A stretch of DNA of 64,000 nt from a virus. Below the pieces are notes generated by a model. It saw only the letters and a program-made list of their open reading frames with translations, was not told where the DNA came from and ran no database searches. Of the stretch, positions 42,764-53,450 are shown in pieces; positions within the stretch are counted from its first letter, which is position 1, and every line of letters starts with the position of its first letter. A program made the position numbers and the translations under genes. The stretch lies in IMG/VR virus record IMGVR_UViG_3300019479_000003; one strand, given 5' to 3'.

Positions 42764-45316
42764 TCACTTGTAGCGTGGTCTGTATTCTACTTCCACAATA
42801 GCTGCATCGGACGGGTTCACAGCAAATTCTGTTGCGCCAGGGCCCAATGGGAAGAAACGTGCTCCGAAGTCCTTAACCGACATAATTGGCTCGCCGTTTC
42901 GGTAGACAACGGCGTTCTTGTGGTCGAATTGAAGTACATCGTCTGGATATGCGATGTACGGGACTTGATTCGTTGCAGGCTTGTAAAGATCATACACAAA
43001 AACATGGTTGATGCTCATATGGTTAATCGCTCCATAACCGAGATGTGTTCCGATATGCACTTGAATTTGTGCCAACGGCGCTGTGTATTGGTTTTTCGTA
43101 TCAATAAACGTTTTTTCAACGTAGTCAACGTATACACCTGGTTTGTTTGTAGGTCCGGTGCGTCTTGCCGTATATACTTTCCATCGATTCCCCCTACGTT
43201 CAATCGCGAGAGAACCGTAGTAATCATTGAGCGAACCTGTTTTCTTTCCGTATGTGGTAAAAATGGAATCCGTATTTGGACCAAGCTCCCAAAATGCCTT
43301 GACGTCTTTAGATTTTGCCGAAAAATCGCCGATACTCATTCTAAATACGATATTGTTCGCGGTATCGAGACCGTAAACTTCTATCCGACCAGTCCCGTTC
43401 GCACTCGATTTAATGTCTATGAGCGCATGAACACGAAAATCTTGAAGTTGGTATGGCAACGACTTCTTCAATGCTGGCCCGCCCCATCCGTTGAAAGTCG
43501 GACCAAAACTCTGCACAACGAACCGATTGCCGTCCGAAACCATCGTTCCTTGGACAATGCCGCCCACAACGCTAGAACCAGCTCCCCATCCGGTTGTCGT
43601 TGTCATTTCATCTATCATAACGGGTTTATCGCCATCCGTTGGCGTCTGTGATACAGTATATGGTTGACCAACACGCATGTAAGCGTCTGGAGCGATGATG
43701 TCCAAAAACGTGATCGGCTGTTTCACGTACGACGTGAATACCGGATATGTTTCCGCTGTGCCTTCGTTGACCACGATATTCGGCGTTTGGACGTTCAAAT
43801 CCCCGTCAAACGGCAAATACGCTGTCGTATATTCGTCCACCGTGAAGCCGTTTTGGTATGCTTCCATGATTTCGGCATCCGAACGGGCGATGCGGGAGAG
43901 ACGGAGAGGGCCAATCAACGAATTGAATTGGTATTCACCAACTATTGTCGAACCAATCGCGGCACTAGAAAAACTATCTAGCAACATCGGGTTTGTGTAT
44001 TGAGCAACGAGAACGCCGTCCGCATAACAGGTCAGCCTGTTAAATGACCAAGTGGCTGCAACAAAATGCCACCCAGGTGAGAGAGGATTGTTTCCTGTTG
44101 CAATATATGCCGCGCCCTTCTGTATAACGGCTCTTGGTGTCTTTGAGTAAAGCTCGATAAACAGCCTGTTAGCCCGTGTAGAATCACGGGCGTCCAGCAC
44201 CACAATAGCACGATTAAACGATGTGTCTGGCACATATACCCATGCCTCAATCGTCCCCTCTTCTGGATTCAACACCCCATCCGTCGGCAACGTGAGCGTC
44301 TCGGCGGCGCGGGTGCCGTCCACAAAAGAGGTGGCGTAGGGTTTTTGTTCGAGTTGGACATCATCAATTTCAACCCAATCATTTGCATATACATCGCTAC
44401 GCGTACTATCGATCGCTATCATGAGACCATAATTCGAAGCTGTTTTACCTGTCGGAATGGTATAAGTAATAGTATATCTTTGCCAAGTTGTGCCAACATT
44501 GATATTCGGCAATGGTGTATTTCCTACAGTATTAGACATCAAATACATGTACGTAATGGGAAAATTACTCCGAATCGCACGGGCCCTAAAGCTAATTGTG
44601 TACGTGGCCCCCTCGCTTAATGTCATGTTACGATTGGAAATAATACCGAATTTGGTATTTTCTTTTGTGATTTCAATTCTAACCGCACTACCTATACCGT
44701 TCCAACCCGGTACTAGCGACACTGTACCATCTGTTGGATTCCAAAGTTCAGACCATACCCCGCCTTCAAAACTTGGATTGCTTACAAGATTCACCGTCCC
44801 CTCCTCGATCAGTATCCCGCCCTGTTCAAACCTCGGCTGATTCGCCGCAACTTGCGTGCCGTCGGAAAGGTACGCCACGGAATTCCGGCTGAAAGAGGCA
44901 GGGGGTACGGCGATCGTTTGCGTGCGGAGGGGGCCGTATTTGTATGGGTCAGGGCAGAGGAAGGAGATAACTCCTTCGCCCCACTCCACCAGTTCGTCGA
45001 GGTTCAATTCCCCGGTCACTTGAGCATAATAAACCCGGTCCGGTTCATCTGTGAAAATAAGCTCTTTCGGCTCATCAGTTATGAGCCATGCCGCAAGGTC
45101 TTCCTTGACCTTTTGTAGACTCTCAAAGGTTTTCGTATATATGCGAACCGGGATATTGATTTGTCTGACCTTGATTTTTTTGCCAGAGATTAGTCCACCA
45201 GGGCGTCCAGGTATCTCCAAAATCTCATGTTCGATCGGAGCCCAGGCTGGACGTTCCAAACCGCGGAGAACCCTTACATAGTCCTTGGTGACCCCGTTAA
45301 ATGAAAAAAAGGCCAT
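42764..45316 (-). CDS. Enlarged distal tail protein Dit (copy 2)
   Basis: Identical to 5863-8415. Confidence 0.85.
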   Translation of the reverse strand: MAFFSFNGVTKDYVRVLRGLERPAWAPIEHEILEIPGRPGGLISGKKIKVRQINIPVRIYTKTFESLQKVKEDLAAWLITDEPKELIFTDEPDRVYYAQVTGELNLDELVEWGEGVISFLCPDPYKYGPLRTQTIAVPPASFSRNSVAYLSDGTQVAANQPRFEQGGILIEEGTVNLVSNPSFEGGVWSELWNPTDGTVSLVPGWNGIGSAVRIEITKENTKFGIISNRNMTLSEGATYTISFRARAIRSNFPITYMYLMSNTVGNTPLPNINVGTTWQRYTITYTIPTGKTASNYGLMIAIDSTRSDVYANDWVEIDDVQLEQKPYATSFVDGTRAAETLTLPTDGVLNPEEGTIEAWVYVPDTSFNRAIVVLDARDSTRANRLFIELYSKTPRAVIQKGAAYIATGNNPLSPGWHFVAATWSFNRLTCYADGVLVAQYTNPMLLDSFSSAAIGSTIVGEYQFNSLIGPLRLSRIARSDAEIMEAYQNGFTVDEYTTAYLPFDGDLNVQTPNIVVNEGTAETYPVFTSYVKQPITFLDIIAPDAYMRVGQPYTVSQTPTDGDKPVMIDEMTTTTGWGAGSSVVGGIVQGTMVSDGNRFVVQSFGPTFNGWGGPALKKSLPYQLQDFRVHALIDIKSSANGTGRIEVYGLDTANNIVFRMSIGDFSAKSKDVKAFWELGPNTDSIFTTYGKKTGSLNDYYGSLAIERRGNRWKVYTARRTGPTNKPGVYVDYVEKTFIDTKNQYTAPLAQIQVHIGTHLGYGAINHMSINHVFVYDLYKPATNQVPYIAYPDDVLQFDHKNAVVYRNGEPIMSVKDFGARFFPLGPGATEFAVNPSDAAIVEVEYRPRYK

Positions 45317-45320
45317 GGCG

Positions 45321-48300
45321 TCATGACCCCCCTCTTCTGAATCGTTCTATCCTGGATTGCTTAAATTTCAATACCTCGTCAAAATCATCAACCGTTGCAT
45401 AGATGAATTCGCGACCGTTCACTTGAATGGATACCGGTCGTTTTGCCACTTCACGGATTGCGGAAACTAAGCTGTAAAACCTCTCGGCCGAAAGCATTCC
45501 GGCCGAAATTCTACCTTGCACATAGCCGCCGCCACTTGCCATTACGGCCGCAGGTGCTAAATTGATAGGCAAACTCGCCCCGCGTAATGGATTCCTTATT
45601 AAGGAATTAGTCAGACTGGACATGGATTTCAAAGCAGTATTCCCGCTTTGATCAATACCCTCCGCAAGGCCCAACCCGATCATTTTCCCGACTTCGTCCC
45701 GCATGACTCTTGATGGAGATTTGATTTTCAGAGTGTTCTTTATGGTCTTTATTAATGTGTTAGCAATACTTTTTGCAGCAGATGCCAACGGGCCGGTCAT
45801 GCTCTTTAGTCCATTGATCAATCCTTGGACTGTGTTTTTGCCAAGCACTTTACCCGAATTCCGATAATCTCCTAATTTCTTCACAGTTGACGCAAGGCCT
45901 TTAAGCTGTGCGATCCACTGTGATTTTGCATTTGCTAACTGTTTCTTCGCAGCCTCTGTCAGCGATTTGATCTGTGCTTCCATTTGCTTTTTCGCGTCAG
46001 CTAGCTGTGCGGTCGCTTCTTGTTTGGCCAAGCTGTGTTTTTCTTTCCATTGTTTCACATATTCATCAAGCATAAATTTCGGCATGGACGCAATCGCATG
46101 GATTTCATCGGCCGCGTCGAGGCCCATCGCCCGGAGTTCTTTGATGAATTCCTTCGGCACGCCCATTTTTTGCAGCCTGGCCAAATCGTTTTGGAATTGC
46201 TTCATGAGCGCGTTTTGGTCTCGCAAATTTTGAAGTATCTTGGCCGGATCCACTCTTTTCGATTTCACTTCATCGAAGAGTCCGAGCTGGCCATAAATCG
46301 ATTGAGTCAGTTCCGAAAGCTGTTTATTGTATTCATTTTTCAGATTTTGAATATTTTTGTTCAAATTATCGTTAATCGATTTAACGCTCTTGAAGTATTT
46401 CTCCGTCGCGCCTTTGATGCCGGAATTCAAGCTCGTTACATTCTTTTGAATGCTCTGGTTTGCGGCGTAAATCTCTTTTTGAATTTTCCGGGCTTGGTCG
46501 CCGGTCAATTTGTAGCGATTTTGGATTTTCTTCAATTCGCTAATATATTTTGTCGCAGAAATTTTTCCAGTATCGTACTTGACTTCAAGATTTTTTAACG
46601 CCTCGGCTACGGCTTTCGATTGCGCTCTTGCCGCAGCTACGGCGCTTTTCGTAGAACGCTTGATGCCTTCTGCGACGCCGGCCCCGATGTTTTTTCCAAC
46701 CTGGTCACGCATGACTTTTGACGGAGACGCGATTCCAAGAACCTTTTTTATGCCACCGGTTATTTTTTTGCCAATATCCCTTACGGCATCTACAACGGCA
46801 CTTGCCATGCCGGTTATCCCTCTAATCAGCCCGCGGATTATGTTTTGCCCGACACTCTTTAAATTTATACTTTTTAAGTATTTCACGGACTGATTCCAAA
46901 TGCTTATAATTGCGCTCTTGACGTTGTGCATCAAATTTCGCACACTTGATGCCATGCTGCTGAATCTTGAAACGACACCTTGCCATATAGAGCGTGCAGC
47001 GACCAAAACTGCCTCTTTCAAAGCGTTCCAAATCGACGCGCCAAATGTGCGAAGCGTCGTAAAAATATTTTTCGCTTTTGTAAACAAATTGCCAAAAAAC
47101 CCAACTACACGCGTGACCATGCCGGACACCGTATTTGTTGCGTTCGTTCCTGCATTTTTGAACGTGTTTACAATGTTCGTCCACAGATTTTTGACGATGC
47201 TGACGCCGTTTTTCAGCAGGTTTGTAAGAATCTTTTTAATTCCGCCGAAAAAGTTTAAAGTCATTAGTCCAGCTATGAAGTTGATCGCTCCGCTGAAAAG
47301 TTGTTTAATGCCTTCCCACATTTTTCGGAAGTCGCCCGTGAAAAGACCGGTGAATATTTTGACTAGACCCATAATGCCGTCAAGCGCTCCGCCCACGATA
47401 TCTTTGACCGCGCCCCATAAGGTTTGCACGACAAATTTAATAACCGGCGAGAAAAACTTGAAAATCGCTACCAGAACAGACCAGAAATTACGGACAGCCT
47501 CAATGATCTGCGCGCCGTTTTGGTCCCAAAACGCTTTTATTTCGTTGATTTTAGCCAAAATAAAAGCGCCAACCGCTGTCAGTGCTGGCACAACAAAGGA
47601 TTTGATCGTATTAAAAACGTTCATGAATCCAGTTCTGAATGATTCTAAACGTTGAAAAACCGACGGCGGAAGTATCGCCTCAAACGCGTCTTTGACCGTT
47701 GAAAACGCCGCGGCCACTTTCGGAATTAAACTGACCACCCATGAGAAAAACCCTCGTATGACCGTTTTTAAACTATCAAACATTCCTGCAATGCTTCCTG
47801 GACCACCAAGTGCTTCATCGATAGCACCAATTACATCAGCCACACCTTTTACAACGGCTGTTCTTACGTTTTGCCAGGAAGTAGCTATTCCCGTAGTGGA
47901 TTTCTTTGCCATTTCGGCAAAACCACCAACGCCTTCGTTCAATTCGACCAGTTTGGCAGTGAACTCATCAAACGTAATTTTTCCGTCTTTTAATGCGGCG
48001 TATAAGTCATTTTGAGCCGACTTTCCAGCGAATCCAAACGCTTCGGCTGTCTTATTTAATGCAACTGGCATCGTCTCTTGCAACGTGCGCCAGGATTGAA
48101 GGTCTACCGTTCCCGTCGACAACATTTGTACAAATTGTTCTAATCCTCGAGCGGCATCTGCTGAACTTGCCCCACTGGCCAAGAACGCATTGTTTAGCGC
48201 TAGTGTGATATCGACTGCACCGTCTAAGTCCCCGGTCATCAAAGCAATTCTTTGAGTAGTTTTTGCTACGCTATCAAGAGTGGTGGGTAAGCCTTCAATA

Positions 48301-48608
48301 CCTTTTGAAAGCCTATCTATGGCCTTCCGGGATTCTTCTGCATCAAACCCCATTGTTTGAAGAACTCGGGGGAAATTGCTCAATGTATCATACCTAGAAA
48401 TTGCGCCATCAAGAGCACTTTTCACCATGTTGATAGCCTTTGATGCCAATTGAACTAAGCCGAGTGCAGTAGCAATCTCTTTTATCCCAGAAGCAGCTCT
48501 TTTACCAGCTCCAGCAACACCGCCTAACCGTTTATCTATATTTGCCACACCTTTGGTGACTTTCCCATCATCAAGAATGACGTCAATTACAACACGACCG
48601 TCAGCCAT
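45321..48608 (-). CDS. Tape measure protein (copy 2)
   Basis: Identical to 8420-11707. Confidence 0.95.
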   Translation of the reverse strand: MADGRVVIDVILDDGKVTKGVANIDKRLGGVAGAGKRAASGIKEIATALGLVQLASKAINMVKSALDGAISRYDTLSNFPRVLQTMGFDAEESRKAIDRLSKGIEGLPTTLDSVAKTTQRIALMTGDLDGAVDITLALNNAFLASGASSADAARGLEQFVQMLSTGTVDLQSWRTLQETMPVALNKTAEAFGFAGKSAQNDLYAALKDGKITFDEFTAKLVELNEGVGGFAEMAKKSTTGIATSWQNVRTAVVKGVADVIGAIDEALGGPGSIAGMFDSLKTVIRGFFSWVVSLIPKVAAAFSTVKDAFEAILPPSVFQRLESFRTGFMNVFNTIKSFVVPALTAVGAFILAKINEIKAFWDQNGAQIIEAVRNFWSVLVAIFKFFSPVIKFVVQTLWGAVKDIVGGALDGIMGLVKIFTGLFTGDFRKMWEGIKQLFSGAINFIAGLMTLNFFGGIKKILTNLLKNGVSIVKNLWTNIVNTFKNAGTNATNTVSGMVTRVVGFFGNLFTKAKNIFTTLRTFGASIWNALKEAVLVAARSIWQGVVSRFSSMASSVRNLMHNVKSAIISIWNQSVKYLKSINLKSVGQNIIRGLIRGITGMASAVVDAVRDIGKKITGGIKKVLGIASPSKVMRDQVGKNIGAGVAEGIKRSTKSAVAAARAQSKAVAEALKNLEVKYDTGKISATKYISELKKIQNRYKLTGDQARKIQKEIYAANQSIQKNVTSLNSGIKGATEKYFKSVKSINDNLNKNIQNLKNEYNKQLSELTQSIYGQLGLFDEVKSKRVDPAKILQNLRDQNALMKQFQNDLARLQKMGVPKEFIKELRAMGLDAADEIHAIASMPKFMLDEYVKQWKEKHSLAKQEATAQLADAKKQMEAQIKSLTEAAKKQLANAKSQWIAQLKGLASTVKKLGDYRNSGKVLGKNTVQGLINGLKSMTGPLASAAKSIANTLIKTIKNTLKIKSPSRVMRDEVGKMIGLGLAEGIDQSGNTALKSMSSLTNSLIRNPLRGASLPINLAPAAVMASGGGYVQGRISAGMLSAERFYSLVSAIREVAKRPVSIQVNGREFIYATVDDFDEVLKFKQSRIERFRRGGS

Positions 48609-48647
48609 TCATTTCACCTGCCTTTCTCAGGCAAATAAAAAAGAGCC

Positions 48648-49214
48648 TTACGGCTCGTCTTCTTTCAGCTTGTAGTATGCTTTAAGCTTTTTGATTCGCT
48701 CTCTTTCCTTCTCCATTCCCTTGCCGGAAGGGAGCTCCATTGTCCGGATCTCGATTACTTCCTTGAATTTTGTGTCTGGCCTAAGGCCAACTAACAGGGC
48801 CTTGAACTTCTCCCAGTGAAGTTTCCCTTGCATTTCAAATAGATCAATCCCATAGTCTTGGTAGAAAGACGCGTAAATATACTCCGCATCCTGTTTGATT
48901 GAATAGACCCTTTTCTGTTCTTCCGGATCCACGGGTAGAGGGTTTCCTTCAATATCAACCGGGATGTTTTCCTCGGCTTCTTTTCCGATCGTTTCACGGA
49001 AAATCTTTTGAAAGATTTCTGCCTTCTTTTCAATCGGATAGTCCAATTCAACGCCAAGAAGCATATATAGCCCGGTCTCAATCTGTGTCACGTCATCAAG
49101 CTCTTTATCGTTGAGCATATCGATCAGCCGGAGAACATTGTCAAATGACAGGTCCAGTTTGTATTTCTTTCCGTCAATCTCAACGGTATCATCCAGCGGG
49201 TAAGCCAAATCCAT
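48648..49214 (-). CDS. Gp15-like tail chaperone (copy 2)
   Basis: Identical to 11747-12313. Confidence 0.85.
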   Translation of the reverse strand: MDLAYPLDDTVEIDGKKYKLDLSFDNVLRLIDMLNDKELDDVTQIETGLYMLLGVELDYPIEKKAEIFQKIFRETIGKEAEENIPVDIEGNPLPVDPEEQKRVYSIKQDAEYIYASFYQDYGIDLFEMQGKLHWEKFKALLVGLRPDTKFKEVIEIRTMELPSGKGMEKERERIKKLKAYYKLKEDEP

Positions 49215-49220
49215 GAGCAA

Positions 49221-49607
49221 TCACTTCTTTTTCGCTTGGAGATATTTCTTCGCCTTCTCCGCTTGTGATTCCATGAATCCCATAGCTCGCAACTCTTCCT
49301 CGATTCCTTCGACAACTTGTTGGAAATATTGCATGCAGTAAAGGACTGACGGGGATAATTCGTAAATTTTCTCAAAGGCCCCGTCTCCTAGCATAAAATC
49401 AAATCCTTGGCGCAAAATGTCTTTAATACCTTCCAGCGCCTTGTTTTCGTATTTCTCGTCTACCTCGATCTTTTCGATCGCTTCGATTGCATTTTTTGCT
49501 TTTTCCCGGAAATTCTTGATAGATTCGTCGGATACATCAAAAACAAATTTCAGATCCCCGATTTCAACCGGTATTTCCGGTTTTTTCGTTTGAATTTTAA
49601 TGGCCAT
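49221..49607 (-). CDS. Tail assembly chaperone (copy 2)
   Basis: Identical to 12320-12706. Confidence 0.7.
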   Translation of the reverse strand: MAIKIQTKKPEIPVEIGDLKFVFDVSDESIKNFREKAKNAIEAIEKIEVDEKYENKALEGIKDILRQGFDFMLGDGAFEKIYELSPSVLYCMQYFQQVVEGIEEELRAMGFMESQAEKAKKYLQAKKK

Positions 49608-49663
49608 TTTTCAATCACCTCACAAAGAATATGTAAAAAAGAGGGTAGAAAGATGCTACCCTC

Positions 49664-50110
49664 TTAGGACCCAGAACCACCGGGGGTTATGGTCGGTTTC
49701 CGATCCCATGCTATTGTGCAAGAGAATGTTTCGTATTCTGTAGCCTCGCCACCAGTAACCTTGATTTCCGTCACCGTAGCAGGCCCTTCCAATACATCGC
49801 CGTTAGAGCGCTCTTGTTTGAACATGATTTTCCGCCCTTCTCCTGTTTCGAATTCAAGGCTGGCAATAAATTTCATGGCCGGGTCATCATCGTCATAAAA
49901 TCCTTCGAAAGTATATGTCTTCTTCACCGAACGAACGTCAGTTTCCGGAGTCCCATCACCATCGTAGAACCCCGTATCTTCGGTTTCTTCTTCCGAATCA
50001 TCCGTGACCGATGAAATCCATTTCCCGAGGCGGAAATACGTCGGCTGAGATTGGCCATCTGGAATAGCCCCGACATAGTACTTCGTTTTGGCGTTCTTTT
50101 CTCTTGCCAT
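49664..50110 (-). CDS. Major tail protein (copy 2)
   Basis: Identical to 12763-13209. Confidence 0.85.
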   Translation of the reverse strand: MAREKNAKTKYYVGAIPDGQSQPTYFRLGKWISSVTDDSEEETEDTGFYDGDGTPETDVRSVKKTYTFEGFYDDDDPAMKFIASLEFETGEGRKIMFKQERSNGDVLEGPATVTEIKVTGGEATEYETFSCTIAWDRKPTITPGGSGS

Positions 50111-50517
50111 CAGACCTCAACTCCTTCATAAATGGTTATTTTTGCGACAATGTTCATGGCATAAATAAAAAACCCTTGCTCGTCCTGCGTTACCAAGTTC
50201 GGCAAGGATTGGGTTGTAATCTTTTGAAAGTCATAGCTGCCGTTGGCGCTTGGAAGATCATCGATATTTTCGAGGGTTTGATAGATTGTGGTCAATGCAT
50301 TAAAACAGTTAGGCTGGTTTTTGCTTTTTGCATTAACTTGCACTTGGTAGTCTTTATCCCTAACGCCATCAAAATAGACGGTTTCATTCCCACCAGGCAT
50401 CGGCATGATGGAGAGGCTCTCTCCGGGCCCGAGCAACCCGATACTACAAGGTGCATACAGCCCAAGACTATTGATTTTTTGATTCAGCCTGTCCAAAAAA
50501 TCCAATTGTATCGCCAT
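50110..50517 (-). CDS. Tail terminator (copy 2)
   Basis: Identical to 13209-13616. Confidence 0.7.
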   Translation of the reverse strand: MAIQLDFLDRLNQKINSLGLYAPCSIGLLGPGESLSIMPMPGGNETVYFDGVRDKDYQVQVNAKSKNQPNCFNALTTIYQTLENIDDLPSANGSYDFQKITTQSLPNLVTQDEQGFFIYAMNIVAKITIYEGVEV

Positions 50518-50518
50518 T

Positions 50519-50848
50519 TTATTTCATCGCCTTCTTTACGACGCGAATCCACGAATCTTGGTGAAGAGCCTGGGCCTTTACATCCCACTTCGGGCCTGTT
50601 CCTGGGGTGGTGAATTTCGCGCCGTAATTGTAGTACTGCCGCTTGGCATAGGGAACGTGCCAAATAATTTGCTTGCCATCCGTTGAAATCGATGACTGGT
50701 TCCGCAGATCCCCAGAACGGAAAGGAGCATATTGATTGGCGTCAGCGTGCACTTGATTTACAAGCGCGTATTGACCTTGTTTTACCATTCGGTCTGTCTT
50801 AACCTTTACGCCTTTCAGATCAATTTTCACCTTGGCCCGGGCCATCAT
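50519..50848 (-). CDS. Head-tail joining protein (copy 2)
   Basis: Identical to 13618-13947. Confidence 0.75.
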   Translation of the reverse strand: MMARAKVKIDLKGVKVKTDRMVKQGQYALVNQVHADANQYAPFRSGDLRNQSSISTDGKQIIWHVPYAKRQYYNYGAKFTTPGTGPKWDVKAQALHQDSWIRVVKKAMK

Positions 50849-51192
50849 ATCACTTCCAGTTCCCAATGATGGATTTCGTTTCGAACAGGAAAATAGCACG
50901 GGACCACCTTTTGCAGTACGAATTCCCTACCACCGAATTCAATGATGGACTGCTCCTTGAACTCAGCCGGAAGTGGTTTGCTGTGCGTTGCATCCACAAA
51001 AATAACCGCATCCGCCAGGATTTTCGTTTGTGTCGAATCCCGGCTGAATACGGTTGAGTTGTCTACCCTGACGTTTTCAATAGTGATCGGATCCTCGTAG
51101 ACCGGATTTCCCCATCCATCATTTTGTCCTGTATATCCCCTATACACAACTGTGTGAATCAGCCATTTTTTCGGCAGTGGCGGAACTCTCAT
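50845..51192 (-). CDS. Head closure protein (copy 2)
   Basis: Identical to 13944-14291. Confidence 0.75.
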   Translation of the reverse strand: MRVPPLPKKWLIHTVVYRGYTGQNDGWGNPVYEDPITIENVRVDNSTVFSRDSTQTKILADAVIFVDATHSKPLPAEFKEQSIIEFGGREFVLQKVVPCYFPVRNEIHHWELEVI

Positions 51193-51575
51193 CCTACCAC
51201 CCCTACACCACGGTACATGAGCCCTGTATCGCTCAAATAAAGGTAGACATCCGGCGCGACGATGGTATTGGTTTTCTTTTGGTTTGCCTCGCCTGTCCAA
51301 ATCTGAGTCCGGCCGATTTGGACGGTAAGCGGATCGTTGATCTCGTGTGTGCTGGTCGCTCCGATGTCGTGGAAATACTCGATTTGACAAGCCAGCGCCT
51401 TCTTGAATTTATCCCGGCGAAAAGGAATGTCGGTTTCCAGGTCATGAAACCGGTAGAAACTACGGGTGACGGAATCCAATACGTCCTCGGCTTTTTTCAG
51501 CAGCTTATCGAATTCCGTTTGGTCTAGTTCGACGAAACCGAGATTTTTATATTCGTCATAGGTCAGATAGGCCAT
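51189..51575 (-). CDS. Head-tail connector (copy 2)
   Basis: Identical to 14288-14674. Confidence 0.8.
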   Translation of the reverse strand: MAYLTYDEYKNLGFVELDQTEFDKLLKKAEDVLDSVTRSFYRFHDLETDIPFRRDKFKKALACQIEYFHDIGATSTHEINDPLTVQIGRTQIWTGEANQKKTNTIVAPDVYLYLSDTGLMYRGVGVVG

Positions 51576-51608
51576 TTCCTAGCCCCCTTTCAAAAAGAAA
51601 GAGGGCTT

Positions 51609-51785
51609 TTATTTGCCCTCTTTCCCGTTCGACGCAACCTTTTTCAGGCCTTTCTTTTTGATTTCCTCGGCCTCTTTTTTCAATACCTCTTCCGTGACTT
51701 CTTCATATCCCTTGGCCTTCAATTCGGCAATGATGGATTTATTTTCCTCGCGGATGATGACATTTTCTTTCCTCAAAATTGCCAT
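51609..51785 (-). CDS. Small head-associated protein (copy 2)
   Basis: Identical to 14708-14884. Confidence 0.7.
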   Translation of the reverse strand: MAILRKENVIIREENKSIIAELKAKGYEEVTEEVLKKEAEEIKKKGLKKVASNGKEGK

Positions 51786-51804
51786 TATTCATCCTCCTTT
51801 GTCA

Positions 51805-52686
51805 TTATGCTTTCGCGACCGTGCCGTGCGACACGACCACGCCATCGGCTTTATTTTTCAGCACAAACAAATCATGATACAGGCGGTTTTGATAGAGATA
51901 GCCGTCTCCTTCGGTGTGTTCCCCGGGTTGGAAGAGATAGACAGAATTTACTTTCGCTTTGGCCACCACAGCGCCACGGAACACGATAACCCAGTTCAAA
52001 GCGTAGGATCCGGGTGCGGCAACGAAGCCGTCAGTGAAATCGAAAGAAGTGTGGAAACGATCAACGTCAAACACTTCGATGAGACGGACCCCATCCAAAG
52101 TCGTAACACGGGTTTCAATCGTCGTACCTTGGTTATCCAGGCTGATTTGCCCTTTTCCTTCTTTGTATTGTTCGATGAGGTCCATTACGTCGCTAGATAC
52201 ATAGGCGATCAGGTTCGAAGTTCCGTATTTGCGGACTTTCTTGATGTCTGCTTTCAGGCGGTTGATGATATTATCAACCGTCAGATCTTCGGCCGTGCTG
52301 TTGCCCTGTGCGATCGCTTTTGTAGCCAGCTTGCTGAACCGGTATGCATCAATTTCCGGGCCAGCTTGTTCGGTCAAAAAGATACGGGTGATATTCGCCG
52401 CGCTGGCCGCTTGGTTGGATTCGTCAACATCCATTCGATCAACGAAGAATTCCACATCACGGTCAAATCCCAACGTGTACGGTTCATGGGTGACCGTGAC
52501 CGTCCCACGGTTGAATCCGCCATTCCGGCTATGGTTTTTATACCCGGACACAGCGACAGTGGGAACATGGAACGTCCTGGCCCCCATCCAGTTCACGTTG
52601 GGCGTTTCCAATTCATTGGTCAATGTCGCTTGTTTAATCACTTGATCAAGTTCTTGTTGGTATTGTTCAGCGTAGTTAATTGCCAT
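51805..52686 (-). CDS. Major capsid protein (copy 2)
   Basis: Identical to 14904-15785. Confidence 0.9.
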   Translation of the reverse strand: MAINYAEQYQQELDQVIKQATLTNELETPNVNWMGARTFHVPTVAVSGYKNHSRNGGFNRGTVTVTHEPYTLGFDRDVEFFVDRMDVDESNQAASAANITRIFLTEQAGPEIDAYRFSKLATKAIAQGNSTAEDLTVDNIINRLKADIKKVRKYGTSNLIAYVSSDVMDLIEQYKEGKGQISLDNQGTTIETRVTTLDGVRLIEVFDVDRFHTSFDFTDGFVAAPGSYALNWVIVFRGAVVAKAKVNSVYLFQPGEHTEGDGYLYQNRLYHDLFVLKNKADGVVVSHGTVAKA

Positions 52687-52708
52687 TCTCCATCATCCTC
52701 CTAAACTT

Positions 52709-53359
52709 TTATTTTTGGCCCAAAAGGGCCGCTGCGAAGTCATCCAATTTTCCATCTTTTTGGTGCTGCCCCGTCGAGAACATGGGCTTTTGCGGTTGTT
52801 GCCCGTCTTGTTGCTGTTGCTGCGCTTTGAAATGCGGATACTTTTCCAAGACCTTTTGGATGGCCTGGTCCATATCCACATCGTCCGAGATGTAGTTCCT
52901 CGCCAAAACAACAACATCCTCAACTGAGTCGGCTTTTACGCCAGCTTTGAGTGCGGAAAGCTGTGCTTTGAGCCTTTCGTTCTCTTCGGAAAGAGATCCC
53001 CTTTCCTTTTCCAATGCTTGCAAGCGATCAGACAGTTTTTGTGCCTCAGATTTTTGGCTTTCTTGCCATTCTTTGAATTTTTTGAGTCCTTCTTTTGCGG
53101 AATTGAAGTCTTCAATTCCTAAATCCCGAAGGATTTTTTCAGTCGCCTTCTTTTTTTCTTTGGCAATGAGATTATTGACTTCCGATTGCGGAAGCATCTT
53201 TTCTTGCTGTTGATCTTCCCCCCCGTCTTGCGGGTTTTGTCCCTCCCCAGCATGTTGATTCGCCGGTTGCTGGTCACCGGGTTGGCCGCCGCCTTCTCCT
53301 CCATCTGCGGCGAAGAATTGCAGATTCAGGCGATATGGGAAATGGTTCATAAGATTCAT
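52709..53359 (-). CDS. Scaffold protein (copy 2)
   Basis: Identical to 15808-16458. Confidence 0.9.
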   Translation of the reverse strand: MNLMNHFPYRLNLQFFAADGGEGGGQPGDQQPANQHAGEGQNPQDGGEDQQQEKMLPQSEVNNLIAKEKKKATEKILRDLGIEDFNSAKEGLKKFKEWQESQKSEAQKLSDRLQALEKERGSLSEENERLKAQLSALKAGVKADSVEDVVVLARNYISDDVDMDQAIQKVLEKYPHFKAQQQQQDGQQPQKPMFSTGQHQKDGKLDDFAAALLGQK

Positions 53360-53450
53360 AGTCAAAAACCCTCCATTACGGATGTATTCTCCCGTTTTAT
53401 TTAACGCCCACCCCGGGTAAACGGGCAGTAAAAAAGGTCATTATCAATGA